Positions 17,747 to 29,828 of a stretch of DNA of 64,000 nt are shown here, piece by piece. The translations under genes and the position numbers were made by a program. Source of the DNA: Macrostomum lignano. Its lineage: Eukaryota. A model generated the notes under the pieces. That model did no database searches. It saw only the letters and a list, made by a program, of their open reading frames with translations, and was not told where the DNA came from. Each line of letters begins with the position of its first letter. Position 1 is the stretch's first letter. The DNA lies in contig NIVC01000860.1 in NCBI GenBank assembly GCA_002269645.1, forward strand, positions 248,001 through 312,000. The letters run 5' to 3'.

Positions 17747-19255
17747 TCAAGGAGACTTGGACAACAGATCGTCCTCGTCCCAGGCCGCTGGGGCTTGACT
17801 GGGAGATGGGAGTTGGTCGACGTCCATGGCCTCCTCACCCCCACCGCCCCCCCCCCCAGCAGAGTCCTCAGGCTCCGACGACAGGATGGAGGAAGCTTCC
17901 TCATCTGCATCTTTACCTTCAGACCCCACCAGGGTGGCCGAGGAGAGCTCGGATTCCGAAGACCCGGCCTCGTCCTCAACTCCTTCTCCGACTGGCAGAT
18001 TTGGTTCCCGGGGCTTGGCCGGAGCCGTTACCGCGGTCGCCGAACTGCTGCTAGCAGAGGGGCGAGACACAGCTTTGGCTTTGGGATCGGCTTGCGCCTT
18101 TCCTTGGGCCTTAGACTGCGCCCCGCTCTTGCCGGAGATGCCGGGGTTGGCAGTAGCCTTCCCTTTGGCAGACTTTCCTCGGCGCATCTTGAGCTTGAGG
18201 GCACCCAGCTGGAAAGAGGATCCATTAGGGTACCGACTCGCCCAAGTGCTGGAAAGGCCGAGGACAAGTGAGTTGCCCGTCTCCCCCCTGCGGACTCGGC
18301 GGTGATACACCAGTCCACTAGCAGGGAGGTCGGGGTTCAGACGCAGTAGGACCCGGCGGATAACGTCTGGTCTAGCTGCGGTGCTCTTAGCAGGGACGAA
18401 AACCACATAGGGTATCGTCTTTGGACGCTGGCCCTCGCGAAGAAAAAGAGCTCCGCCAAGGTCAGCATCCAAAGAGACCGTCGGCAGCCGCTGGAGCAGC
18501 TGCCGAGCGTCCTCCTCGCTGCTAGGAGCAATAAGAACGAATGTGCTTCGCAGCACCATCCGCTCAATGCCGATGGAGATTCCCTCCTCGACAGTCAGCT
18601 CAATCAGATAGGAGTCAACAGCACTCCACACTTTTTGAAGCTGACCAGTGGTCCAGTCCTGGTCGCGACCTTGGATGATCACTCCCGGGATTTTGGCCTT
18701 GGCCTTCGCCGCAAAGGTAGCTCCCGAAGGAACCTCCTTGTTGGCAGTGGCCATTTGTTGCGCCGTGGTTTCGACCTCAGCAGCCGCGGCAGCAGCTCCA
18801 GGGAGCGCCGCCGCTGAACTACTGGAGCTTCCACCGGCCGGCCCGCCTGGTTGCCTTGGGACTCCAGTCGCTTCAGCATCCATGGTGGACGCCGCCGCTT
18901 TGGCCCCCGCAGCTTCCTTCTTGGCCTGCCTTTTGGCGCGTTGTTTAGCGCGTTTGCGCTCAAGCCGAGCCCACTGAGCTTCATCGGATCTGCCAGATTT
19001 GGCCGGTCCTTTAGGCTCAGAGCTCGCGGTTCCCTTAGATCCACCAGCGGAGCTGGCAGGTTTTTGGGTATTTTGAGTTTGGTAGCTCTGGTCGGATCTG
19101 CCAGCAGAGCCAGCCGGTCCTTCCTTTGCCACAGTTGAATCAGTCGGTTGGGATCTGCCAGCAGGGCCGGCCGGTCCTTCGGACTGAGGTCGGGGTTTAG
19201 AAGGGTCCCCGTCCCTAGAATTAGCTTGATTATCCATAGACGGCTCGAAGGCCAT
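17747..19255 (-). CDS. ORF1 of LINE B (gag-like, DUF4780-type, no zinc knuckle seen)
   Basis: Open ORF (first ATG 19255, upstream GTG 19312). The core ..VFVPAK..RVLLRLNPDLP resembles LOA/Lian ORF1 and is homologous to copy A ORF1 (WIPARS..LLVATNP). Confidence 0.8.
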   Translation of the reverse strand: MAFEPSMDNQANSRDGDPSKPRPQSEGPAGPAGRSQPTDSTVAKEGPAGSAGRSDQSYQTQNTQKPASSAGGSKGTASSEPKGPAKSGRSDEAQWARLERKRAKQRAKRQAKKEAAGAKAAASTMDAEATGVPRQPGGPAGGSSSSSAAALPGAAAAAAEVETTAQQMATANKEVPSGATFAAKAKAKIPGVIIQGRDQDWTTGQLQKVWSAVDSYLIELTVEEGISIGIERMVLRSTFVLIAPSSEEDARQLLQRLPTVSLDADLGGALFLREGQRPKTIPYVVFVPAKSTAARPDVIRRVLLRLNPDLPASGLVYHRRVRRGETGNSLVLGLSSTWASRYPNGSSFQLGALKLKMRRGKSAKGKATANPGISGKSGAQSKAQGKAQADPKAKAVSRPSASSSSATAVTAPAKPREPNLPVGEGVEDEAGSSESELSSATLVGSEGKDADEEASSILSSEPEDSAGGGGGGGEEAMDVDQLPSPSQAPAAWDEDDLLSKSP

Positions 19256-19533
19256 GATAAAAGGTTGGTGGGCTACCCTCAAAGGGGCGCGGTACCCACC
19301 CGGCCGCTCCACCTGACCGGGCAGTAGGCCAATAGAACCCTCAAGGCTGGCCCGACACCAGGAGGGGGACCGCTTGCGACCGGACTACTCCCCGGCCTTC
19401 CAGCCCATCGGCACGGTCAACACCTTAGGCATTAGAGAGTACGTTGAGCAGTACCATGGCGTGCAGGTCGGCGAGCCAGACCCGCATACCCAAATTCGGC
19501 CGAAGCCACTGGATAGGGTCGCCAGCGCCGGAG

Positions 19534-19773
19534 CCCAGTCTGTCCAGCAGCCCTAGGGTCTGCCTTGAACACACGCGGGGCCGAGTACCCTGGGTCGACT
19601 TGCGAGACAGCGTGGGGGGGGGTCTGCGGCTGCCGGAGGCAAATAGAGGCTGCAGACCTCCCACCAGCCTTGACCTGCCAAAGATAGGGGCAGGCGTGAA
19701 GCATCGCAGACCTTAGCCCAAAGGCCTGGTCTGTCTCATACTTCACTGGCATGCTGAATACGCCTTCGCGTGC
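19534..19773 (-). ncRNA. HDV-like self-cleaving ribozyme at 5' end of LINE copy B
   Basis: P1 GCACGCG/CGCGUGU (G1.U wobble), P2 CCCA/UGGG, P3 GGG/CCC, L3 UACUCGG, P1.1 AC/GU, P4 GGCAG/CUGCU, J4/2 CAGAC (putative catalytic C at 19542). G1 is the TSD-defined first base. Confidence 0.78.
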
Positions 19774-22768
19774 GCAATTGAGATCTGAAATTGATGCAAA
19801 AAATGCGTGAGCTATACTACGTGTATCTATAGGAGGACTCAAGGGGATCAGCTACATACGACCTTTCAAAGGGGAAACAGAGGTCTTATTCACTGGAAAA
19901 ACCACCTGCGGCGCTAAGCTACAATTAAAAATTCGCCTGCAGCGTCGAACTATACGCGTACGGTCTGTGGGATAAGATGGGTTTCGGCCTTTTCGGCTTC
20001 TTGGAGAGAAAGCCTTTGGGCCTCAGGTCTCAGAAATAAATCAATTAGAGTCCTGGCCCCCCACTACTGTCAGATCTTTAGCCCCGAGGTAGCTTGATCT
20101 GTGGCGAGCAGTCAGAAGGACAGCGAGAGAGACAAGCAGGGAATTTTTTGAAGGTAGAGATCAGCTAATCCGCAGATTAACTAACCCGCTACCACCAGCC
20201 CGTGCGTTCTGGCTCACCAAACCGGGACTTTCGAAATCGGGCTTCCGACTAGAAGGGGCTTTGCACTTACCTGCCAACTAGTGTCTTTTTGCTGTCAATC
20301 TCGAAGTCATAGCCGATGATAAGGGACAACTGCTGGGACTTATCGCATTGGCCATACATGTACAGAGGGGACTTGTGCAGGGGATTCTTGCAGTGGCGAG
20401 ACTATGGGGTAGCTACATGTACTATTACATTGCTAAATACGAAGAATTGTACTTTTGGCCTTCAACGCGCCAACCAGCCTCTCGTAGCGCTGATGATAAA
20501 CTAACTCGAACTTCGGAGACCGCATGATTCATTACCCGAGCCGCTTGGCGAACCTAGAGTGCACAGAGTACATCTCTGGCGCCGATTCTGCACTCTTGGC
20601 AATTTTGCTAACTGATTCGATAGATTGATCGATTGAGAACTGCCTTGCCATTAGTCCACTGTGACCGGCGCCTACTAGCTTAGCTACTCATCTGAGCCAT
20701 CGACGAACAAAGAAATAAAACCGATAAAAATAACTGTCAGATAACCTTCTCACTGAATCACTTCTCACTTCAGATTGAATTGGATTAATGAGACTACTAG
20801 CAGTATTATTGGATGATTTCTGCCTCAATAACAGCACTACTGAACAAAATGAGCAAAAGTGTGCGCCTAATCCAGCTACTGAAATAGGGGACAGATAAGG
20901 AATCACCCAATCAAGCAAGTCTAGGTAGCCTCTCACTCAACCAATCAATTCAACAGCCGGAGACCAGGTAATCCACAGTGACCGAATCGGCTTAGTGCTT
21001 CGCAGCTGGAGGCCCAGGATGTTGGTGTCACCGTCTTTGCTGATAGCAGGTGATGATCCTAACCTCGATGATTGATGCCGTCGACCGGGGGGATTTGTCC
21101 TTGATGATGAGGGGGTTGTCGCAATCCGGGGATCAAGAGACGACGGTCGTGACTCCGGAATAGGCCGAGTCCCATGAGTCCAAAGTACATAGGTTCCGAG
21201 GCGCCAAAAGTGAGTCCGAGCTAGCCAAAAACATCGGTTTATACGAGCCGTATAGACGCCAACTGGACCGCAATTTGTTATAATGGAACACTTCGACGCT
21301 GATTGGCGGAGCCGATTTGTTATAACTGACGTCGAATTTTCTGATTGACTAAGCTTGTTGCCACCCAAACTCACGTGACCAAAAGATCCTATCAGTTCCG
21401 TCGGGGCCATAAAAATACGCCAGGTGTCACCATAAATCACTCAAAATCGCTACATAATGACTTATGACCTTTCGCGTAGGATTTACAGAAATGAATGAGA
21501 AAATGTGCATTAGAAAGATCTTATAAGTAGAAGTAAAGATCTTATAAGTAGAAGGTGAAGATGGTGAAGAGAAATCGCTAATCGCTAATCCCAAAGTACT
21601 TTTAGGGGTACAACGCATAGCTGTCAGAGCTGTCAAACGCTTGAGTGAACACGAACAATAGGCCCGACCTCATAAATCTAATGGCCTGTCAAAAATGATT
21701 GAGAAAAAAGCATGCTGTCAGACAATCTGGCGCCAGCCTCAACACTGAGTGAGGCGCAGGTGTCTGTCAGACAAGCTCACAAGCAATGATTTATGACACC
21801 AAAAGTAGCGAAAACCGCGCCTATGTTATAATGACTACAGGTATATGGCAAAATGAATAGTAGGCCTATAGTTACAAAATCCTACTAGTACAAATTCTAA
21901 GAAAATTACGTAAAAAGAAGAAAAATGCCAATAGCCTGCTGTTAGCAGGCTACCAAGTTCTGAACCTATGTGCGAGCGTGAAATTTGGAAAAAAAAATGC
22001 GTCCTCATCATGTAGCTCGGAACGAAAAAACCTCTAAAATTGACAAATACCCCCTCTTGTCTTTGCTTAATGTAAGGAATTTAACAACACCGAAATTATT
22101 GTCTATCAAAAAAAGCGTGACTTTACAAGAGCGTAACGCCACAACGCCGAATATGATAGCATCGACTATATGAAGTGAAAATTCACTCTTGTAGTATAGC
22201 AATTAATGAGTAATCCCTTCAGTTGTCAATTTCTTTGTCCTTCATAAAATATAATAAGTCAAACAAACGATTTGAGTTAAAGTAGAATTTTGTATTTTGC
22301 TGTCTGAGCTTTTCTACATGTACGTAGTGTTACTCCTTGAATTTTTTGTTAAGCTTCGTACTTTGTACGGAAGTTCCAAGAAAAAAAAGCTGGGTGACAG
22401 CCATGAGTCGACTAAGTTCGTCTTTGGCAAAGCGCAATTTGTAGACCGTACGTAGGCGTAGTTTTAGGGAGTCTTAGGCCTGGTTAGTAATTGTAACAGT
22501 ATATTTTATTTAACAGTGGTTTGTTGTTTAAATAGTATTCGAACTAAATTATTAATCGACCAGTTCGAAATTCTGAACAGCAATCGAAAAAAGGACTCAC
22601 TCGGACAGTACATTTCTTTGGTTTGGTACTTAGTAATGGTATGCTTAGGCCTAGTAATATATTAATAATAATAACTGACTAGCTGGCGTATCAACAATGC
22701 TGACACATGTCAAGTGAAGTAGCTGGGGGCCAGGGCAGGGGCCAATCACCATATATTCAATTTTGTCA

Positions 22769-25700
22769 ATGGATGCATCTTCACTTATTACTCAAGTTAA
22801 AAGGCCAGAGTCAGGCAATGCTGAAGCCACTGAAGAAAATTTAGACTGTTTAGTAAGTGAAGCCAAGTCTAAAAATGAACAACTTACAGATATAAGTGTG
22901 CCTGAAAATACAGCTACAGAAATACATTCTAAGAATTTTCCAAATGACTATGTCTATAGAAAGAGTGACTGCAAGAAAACTAGTCTTAAGAAACAAAAGT
23001 CAAATAAAGAATTTTCCACTGGTAAGTTTTTATTAGAATTTAATTTTTTGAGCTTAGGTTTTTTTGTAATTTGATTTAGGCATATATGAAGCTTAGGCAA
23101 TTGTTATTTGTCTGGTTAAATTGCTAACTGTTTAAATTGCTATTTGTTTCGTGATGAATATTCTAGATTTTTAGGACCTTTGCACATATACTGATTAATA
23201 TTTTGTTGTATACTAGTGTACACATAAAAAGCAGTGTATGCAATTTAGCATAGCCATAATTTGGTGTATAAGACATACACTAGGTAGTATAACAACATAA
23301 TAATCAAGATATAAGTACAAGAAGTTTTTGAAGTCTAGGAATATTCACCCTTGTAGTTTCTATAAAATAGATATTTTAGCATTATCAATTTAACTGGTCA
23401 AATAATAAAAAGCCTATTTGTCTAGTATTAACCAAATGAATGGTAAAGCATAGCCATTATCTAGTAACCGGACAAATAACAACTGCCTAAAGCTTAAGCC
23501 CTAGTAGGGGGGCCTAATCATTGAATAAATAGGCTTAGGCCTTATAGACCTAGTTAGTTTATAATTATTAATAGGCCTATCACTATAGAATAGGTGTTGG
23601 CTGCTAGGCTATGATACACTAGCAAAACTTTATTTGCAATCTGTATGTCTAGGTGCTAGAGTATTACCTAGTCTAGCTTAATGGCCTTAGTGTTAATGTG
23701 GAGCTCAAAAAGTCTTACTTCATGTACCATAAGTTCTATCAGGGTGCTTTCTAACCTGATCAATGGGTGCTTGGCATGGTGGAGCATGGTTTAACAAAGT
23801 GCATAATGGTGGTTTTGGACTGCATGGCTGCTACCATGCTCTCTATCATTGTGCATTATGTCTTACTAGGGTCACACATCATAACAAACAGCTGGCTGGC
23901 AAGTATATAGCACATTGCTAAACCACTTGACAGTCAACTATCAGCTGTATTTTGTTGACCCAAATGTACCACACATCTACACAAACCTCATTAAAAGAAC
24001 TTGAGCCCATATGAAAGCCAAATTTTGCAGCATGCATGGAAATAGCACTAGCAATATGCTATGTGCTATTTGCTATTGCTATGCATCTAGAGGAATTTCT
24101 TTGGCACCAGCTTCACCCCATCAATGTTTTTGTCCATATGATATACTAGATTGCCTATTGTCACCCCTGTTGAGTTTTGACACAAGTCTTGCCACTCATT
24201 GTATCACTGTTTCTAATTAATTGTTTCCCATGTTTTTGCACCAATCTGAAATCAAAAACTTTGAAACTTTGAATTGTTAGGAATTGCTAGAGATAGAAAA
24301 AAAGTGCTAAAAAACAAAGTTGTTAATTTTATTGTTTTAATTGCTTGGGGGATATCCAAACATGCTAAAATCAGCTTCTCAAGTGGAAAATGTGAAAAAC
24401 ATTGAAAAGATAGTTGATTCGAGAAGAATGCCACAAGGGCTACTATTTTGGACTTCTTGAACTTTAGGTACATGAAATACTTCCAATTTTTTTATTTCTT
24501 TGAAACTCTCACCAGAGTCTTAGAGGGTGGCCAAAATGATAATAAAGAAAAAAATTACCTTCAAAGGTAATGCAAGCTCAATTTATTAATCTCTTATGTT
24601 TTTAGTGATAATTTTGTATAAATGGTTTTGGAAAAGTATATGCTTGAAAATTGAACTTTTTTAGAATCTTAACTTCCAAATGTATATATTTTCCAAAATA
24701 ATTTATTCTAAAACAACATTTAGTAGATTTGAATATTAATTTCAATAAACAATGTCTATTCTAATTTTTATTTACTCATTTTTTAGTGCAGCAACAGTGC
24801 TATGTCAGTTTAGTATTTTTTAAAATACTTACTCAAGGTTTGCTACCTACCTTTCATCCTCCCACTTTTGATTCACTGTCATTCTCTTATCGTTGTGACT
24901 AAGCTGTACATTCTTAACTTGTTTATCTATACTAATTTCTACTAATCTGCATTGTCTCTATTCTGAAAGTAACTATAACTGCTGATATGAATTTGTTTTG
25001 ATAGGCTTATAATTTTATCAGGTGTTTGATAACTTGCTGAATTTTTAATTTAAGTTTCATTAAGATTTCCCCTTAGGACACCTCTTTCCCCAACCTGTCT
25101 TAGAATTTATCTACCTAATCTTCGATAGACCCCCATGCCTCTATTGAAGTTAAGGTATATAAAATCAATCCATATGAAGATTCTCCCCACCTTAAAACCC
25201 CCCATTCCCCATGACCATGCCTTGGATATTAGTGGTTGTCAGCCCCCCCCCCCCCCTAAGACCCCTCTCAGTCTCGGAATTTATCTACCTAATCTTCAAT
25301 AGACCCCTATGCCTCTATTGAAGTTTAAGTTTAGGTATATAAATTCAATCCCCATGAAAACTCTTCCTACCCTAAAACCCCCTATTCCCCATGCCCCAGT
25401 TGTTGGTGGTTGTCAGCTCCCCCCCCCCCTGCAACCTGCCCTACCTCCCCTGAGACTCGCCCCCCCTCAGTCTTGGAATTTATCTATCTAATATTCAATA
25501 GACTCCCATGCTTCTATTGAAGTTTAGGTATATAAATTCAATCCCCATGAAGACTCTTCCTGCCCTAAAACCCCCTATTCCCCATGTCTCAGTGGTTGGC
25601 TTTAAGCTATGAAATAATGAAGCTCAAATTTGAAATTAGCGCCATCAAAAACTATATTTTGAGACAAAATTGTGATCCTATCAAAACTGCAACTATTTTA

Positions 25701-28700
25701 TCTACCTAAAGTTCAAGAAGTCCAACTATTTTTGTCATACCACATGGTATTTGACTTTCTAGTTGGTATTTTTCTGCTTTCTGCTTTTCTGCTTAATGCT
25801 TTTTTCTTTATTCTTTATTACTGTTACTGCTTTATGCTCTATTCCTAGTACTGGTCAGTTTGATATTTTTTGTTAATTTAATTTACCAGGCTCGCCCAGC
25901 AGCAGCTTTGGCAGCAGGCTTCTAGCCCAGCTATTCTGCTGTTTCGGCCTGGGTCACGTGCCCGACTATAACTTGGCAAGCAGCGCCGATGAAGAAGTGA
26001 TTGTGAATCATAGCAAGCTGTTGCCAGCTGAAGAGGATGAGGCTGCTGATCCCCAGTCTGAGTTAGTGAAGCTGGACATTAAAGAGCAGCCCGAGGACGA
26101 TCTGTTTGCCTTCTCCGATCTTGGCGGCCTGTTGCCGGCTGAGGTGCCAGACTTCAGTGGCAGAATTTGCGCCGTCATCGACTTGGACGAGACTCTGGTG
26201 CACAGCTCATTTCAGGTTGGCGATTGGTCATGCCCGTTTTGGTGACTCACACTGGTACATGTCATGAGTCATGTACACTGTGAATCGCAGGGTGCTGACC
26301 CGATTTTTAAAATTAATCTTAAAATTAATAGATTAATATATAATCTATTATAAGTGTATATACTTAGCAAAACTACTTTCTACTTTCAGTTTAGTAGCAA
26401 TGAAGAATACATAAGCTATTTTATGAGAATAAAGGCAGCTGAAATGACTTTGATAAGTCTAGAAATCAAGCTTGCAGAGGTAAACAGCTTGCTAGTCATA
26501 ATGTACATTAGCCAGTCCACTCAAATGTACATGGCAGCTTTAGGCTGGACCGCTGGAGCATCTGAGGAAGGTAATAAAATTGAGTAACGGGCAGGGGTAG
26601 AGGTTTAGTGTAGAGTCTGAGGGTTTAAGCTTGTCTCTTTATTGGTAAGAGCCAATAGATAAGTCTTGACTTAAAAAATAAATTAAAATGCTTCAGTTTT
26701 TCTTACTACTGAACTGAAAGTAGCTTACACGCACTTGTGCTGAGTGGCCCATCTAGTTCTTCTAGTATCTGGGTTAGGCTTAAGGTCTAATTCCATTTCT
26801 CCCGCACACCACTCTTTTGGAAACGGATTGGCAGTGCCCAGACGAGCCAGACTTCAGCATCGAAGTGGAAGTGGAAGGCGTGCAGCACCAGATCTACGTG
26901 TTGAAGCGGCCATTTGTCGATGAATTTCTTCATCGAGTCGGTCAGCTGTTCGAGTGCGTCCTGTTCACTGCCAGTATGGGAAAGGTGAGAGAAGTCGAAG
27001 GCTTTAATTAACTAGATTCCGTTAGTGTGGCTTTAAATTCTACTTATATAAAAGTACATTTTATACTTTTAGTACGCCGACCCCGTGTGCGACGCTCTGG
27101 ATCCGAACGGTTCCATTCATCATCGACTGTTTCGCGAGGCCTGCGTTTACCATTGTGACAGCTACGTGAAAGATTTGGCCACTCTGGGCAGGCCCGTTGA
27201 TCGATGCTTCATCATGGACAATTCGCCAGCCTCCTACATGTTCAATGTGGACAATGCGGTACGTGAACACGAGAGAATCCTCGTTGAAGGGATTTGTGTA
27301 GATGGGGTGTAGGGGAATCTTGAGTGATTTGCGTTCGGAAATTCCCGTGATTTGCGTAGGTAGATAAGGGAATCCCAACTAATTTGCGTAGGAGTGTAGG
27401 AAATCCCAAGTGATTTTTTTAGGGGACGTAGGGGAATCCCAAGTGATTTGTGTAGGTGGGCTGCAGGGGAATCCTAAGTGATTTGTGTAGTGGGGTGTAG
27501 GAGAATCCCAAGTGATTTGCGTAGGTGGGGTGTAGGGGAATCCCAAGTGATTTATGTAGGCTGATGGAGTAGAATCCCAAGTGATTTGTGTAGGTGGGAT
27601 GTAGGGAAATCCCAAGTGATTTATGTAGGCTGATGGAGTAGAATCCCAATTGATTTGTGTAGGTGGGATGTAGTGAAATCCCAAGTGATTTGCGTAGGCT
27701 GATGGAGTAGAATCCCAATTGATTTGTGTAGGCTGATGGAGGAGAATCCCAAGTGATTTGCGTAGGAGTGTAGGGAAATCCCAAGTGATTGTGTAGGTGG
27801 GGTGTAGGGGAATCCCAAGGGATTTGTGTAGGCTGATGGAGGAGAATCCCAAGTGATGTGTGTAGGTTGGGTGTAGGGGAATCCCAAGTGATGTGTGTAG
27901 GTTGGGTGTAAAGGAATCCCAAGGGATTTGTGTAGGTTGAGTGTAGGGGAATCCCAAGGGATTTGTGTAGGTTGAGTGTAGGGGAATCCCAAGTGATTTG
28001 TGTAGGTTGGGTGTAGGGGAATCCCAAGTGATTGTGTAGGTGGGGTGTAGGGAATCCCAAGTGATTTGTGTAGGTGGGGTGTAGGGAATCCCAAGTGATT
28101 TGTGTAGGTGGGGTGTAGGGAATCCCAAGTGATTTGTGTAGGTGGGGTGTAGGGAATCCCAAGTGATTTGTGTAGGGAGTGTAGGGGAATCCCAAGTGAT
28201 TTGTGTAGGTGGGGTGTAGGGAATCCCAAGTGATTTGTGTAGGTGGGGTGTAGGGAATCCCAAGTGATTTGTGTAGGGAGTGTAGGGGAATCCCAAGTGA
28301 TTTGTGTAGGTGGGGTGTAGGGAATCCCAAGTGATTTGTGTAGGTGGGGTGTAGGGAATCCCAAGTGATTTGTGTAGGTGGGATGTAGGGGAATCCCAAG
28401 TGATTTGTGTAGGTGGGATGTAGGGGAATCCCAAGTCATTTGTGTAAAGGGGGTGTTCCTTAGGCTAATGCTAAGGGGAACTGCCTTTAATTCCTGTGGT
28501 CCTGCGTCCCTCCGCAGATCCATGTCAACACCTGGACAGGCGAGCCTGATGACACGGAGCTTCGCGATCTGATTCCGTACTTGGATCGTCTGGCCAGTTC
28601 CGACTCGGTTGCGGAGTTCTTGCGCAACAATCCCTCGCCAACTGGCGCCCCAGTTTCTATGGCCAAATTTGCTGTTGCCATGCGGATGCATTCTTTTTCG

Positions 28701-28712
28701 AGTGAATCCTAG
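22769..28712 (+). CDS. CTDSP: Small CTD phosphatase (SCP/CTDSP family, HAD), 5 exons, 369 aa
   Basis: Exons 22769-23021, 25890-26215, 26835-26984, 27073-27258, 28518-28712, phase-consistent. [11 protein letters not shown]-terminus, [14 protein letters not shown] (DxDxT), [26 protein letters not shown]. Confidence 0.95.
25100..25585. repeat. Three imperfect ~180-200 bp direct repeats in CTDSP intron 1
   Basis: GAATTTATCTACCTAAT..GCCTCTATTGAAGTT..AAAACCCC..TTCCCCATG recurs at ~25100, ~25277 and ~25477. Confidence 0.8.
27290..28445. repeat. ~34-bp minisatellite (GATTTGTGTAGGTGGGGTGTAGGGAATCCCAAGT)n in CTDSP intron 4
   Basis: About 30 tandem variant units. Confidence 0.95.
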
Positions 28713-29828
28713 CTAGTTATATTTCCCGGTTGTGACTTCACGTGTCAGCTCATCTCCATGCTGTACAGGGTTTTGGGTGTTACAAAAGTACATCAAAATG
28801 GTTTGGGGCTCAGCAAAAGTGCATCAAAATGGTTTGGGGCTCAGCAAAAGTGCATCAAAATGGTTTGGGGCTCTGCAAAAAGTACAAAGTGGTTGATTCG
28901 CAGCTAAAGTACATCAAAAGGGTTTGAGGCGCAGCAAAAGTCCATGCAACAAATAATATCTTAGTTCACTTAGAAAATTCTACAACTAATAGTTCATCTT
29001 TGAATTAACAGTGTTCTGCATCATGAAAGCAAAGTCTATTATCAGTAAGATCATTTCTGTAGAAGAGGAACCAGATTCGAGACCAATATAAATGCCAAAA
29101 TATTCAGTGCTGCAAATCGCTTTATTAAGTATTTTTTAAGCTTCATACTTCACTTAGTTTTACATTTTTTACTAATTTAGCCAAGTATTTAAGTTTTTTA
29201 TTGTATGTAAATATTCATACTACTGAAGTAGTATGAGTTAGGTTAGTAATAAACTGCTTCAAGGGATTAATCATTATGTTGGCCTTGAGTTATAAAATTA
29301 GCGATCGCGTCTTCCATATGTATTCCACTTTGCAAACCCTTCATTTCTTCCTTTGTTTTGAAATTGCGGCTCTATTTTTGTGTAAAATATGTTTCATAAA
29401 TATTATATTAACCATATTTGATGTACCCTAGCTTTCTTCTTTATCAATGCTCATTAATAAATTTTGTATTTTCTGGCCTGGATCTTTGCTATTTGATAAA
29501 GTTTAGACTGAGTTTTAAGTTTGATTGTGTAAATTTTTTGTCAATATATTTAATCTATGTTTTTTGATTGTTTAAGAATTGGAAAAAAGCAAAAATAATT
29601 TGTTGTTTGTTAATATCTTCATCATTATTTACATATAAATAGCGATAATGTTTAGTGAGACAATCAACAAGATTCGATTCCCTTGAGCACGCGAATTGGC
29701 CTGGGATAAAGTACACGCCTGACGTTTAGAAAGCCAGGGCCGCTGTACACTCCCTGTTGTGAACTTTCGCCACGGTGCCGACAACTTGTACAACTGTAGT
29801 CAGCTGATTTGGGACAAAAAATCTCATA

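Larger units (their letters stand above)
13865..19773 (-). mobile_element. Full-length LOA/Lian-like non-LTR retrotransposon, copy B (second subfamily)
   Basis: 13-bp TSD GCAATTGAGATCT at 13852-13864 and 19774-19786. (TAAG)n tail. ORF1 plus an APE-RT-RNase H-CCHC ORF2. Confidence 0.95.

Noticed and set aside
19680-19750. True SECIS element (AUGA..GA core)
   Set aside because: It lies in a LINE 5' UTR, the AA is on the wrong side of the loop, and no in-frame UGA selenoprotein ORF is adjacent. Kept only as a K-turn-like motif.
19790-21700. Possible LTR/PBS (TGGCGCC at ~20577), hammerhead-like CTGATGA at ~20490 and ORF 20937-21440
   Set aside because: No paired LTR, no stem II/GAAA, no recognisable protein motif; left unannotated.
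23089-23493. ~30-bp imperfect inverted repeat pair in CTDSP intron 1
   Set aside because: Too degenerate and no TSD; at most an old MITE remnant.
29736-29753. 18-mer AGGGCCGCTGTACACTCC repeated at 34245-34262
   Set aside because: Possibly a MITE end, but no matching inverted terminus or TSD was found.
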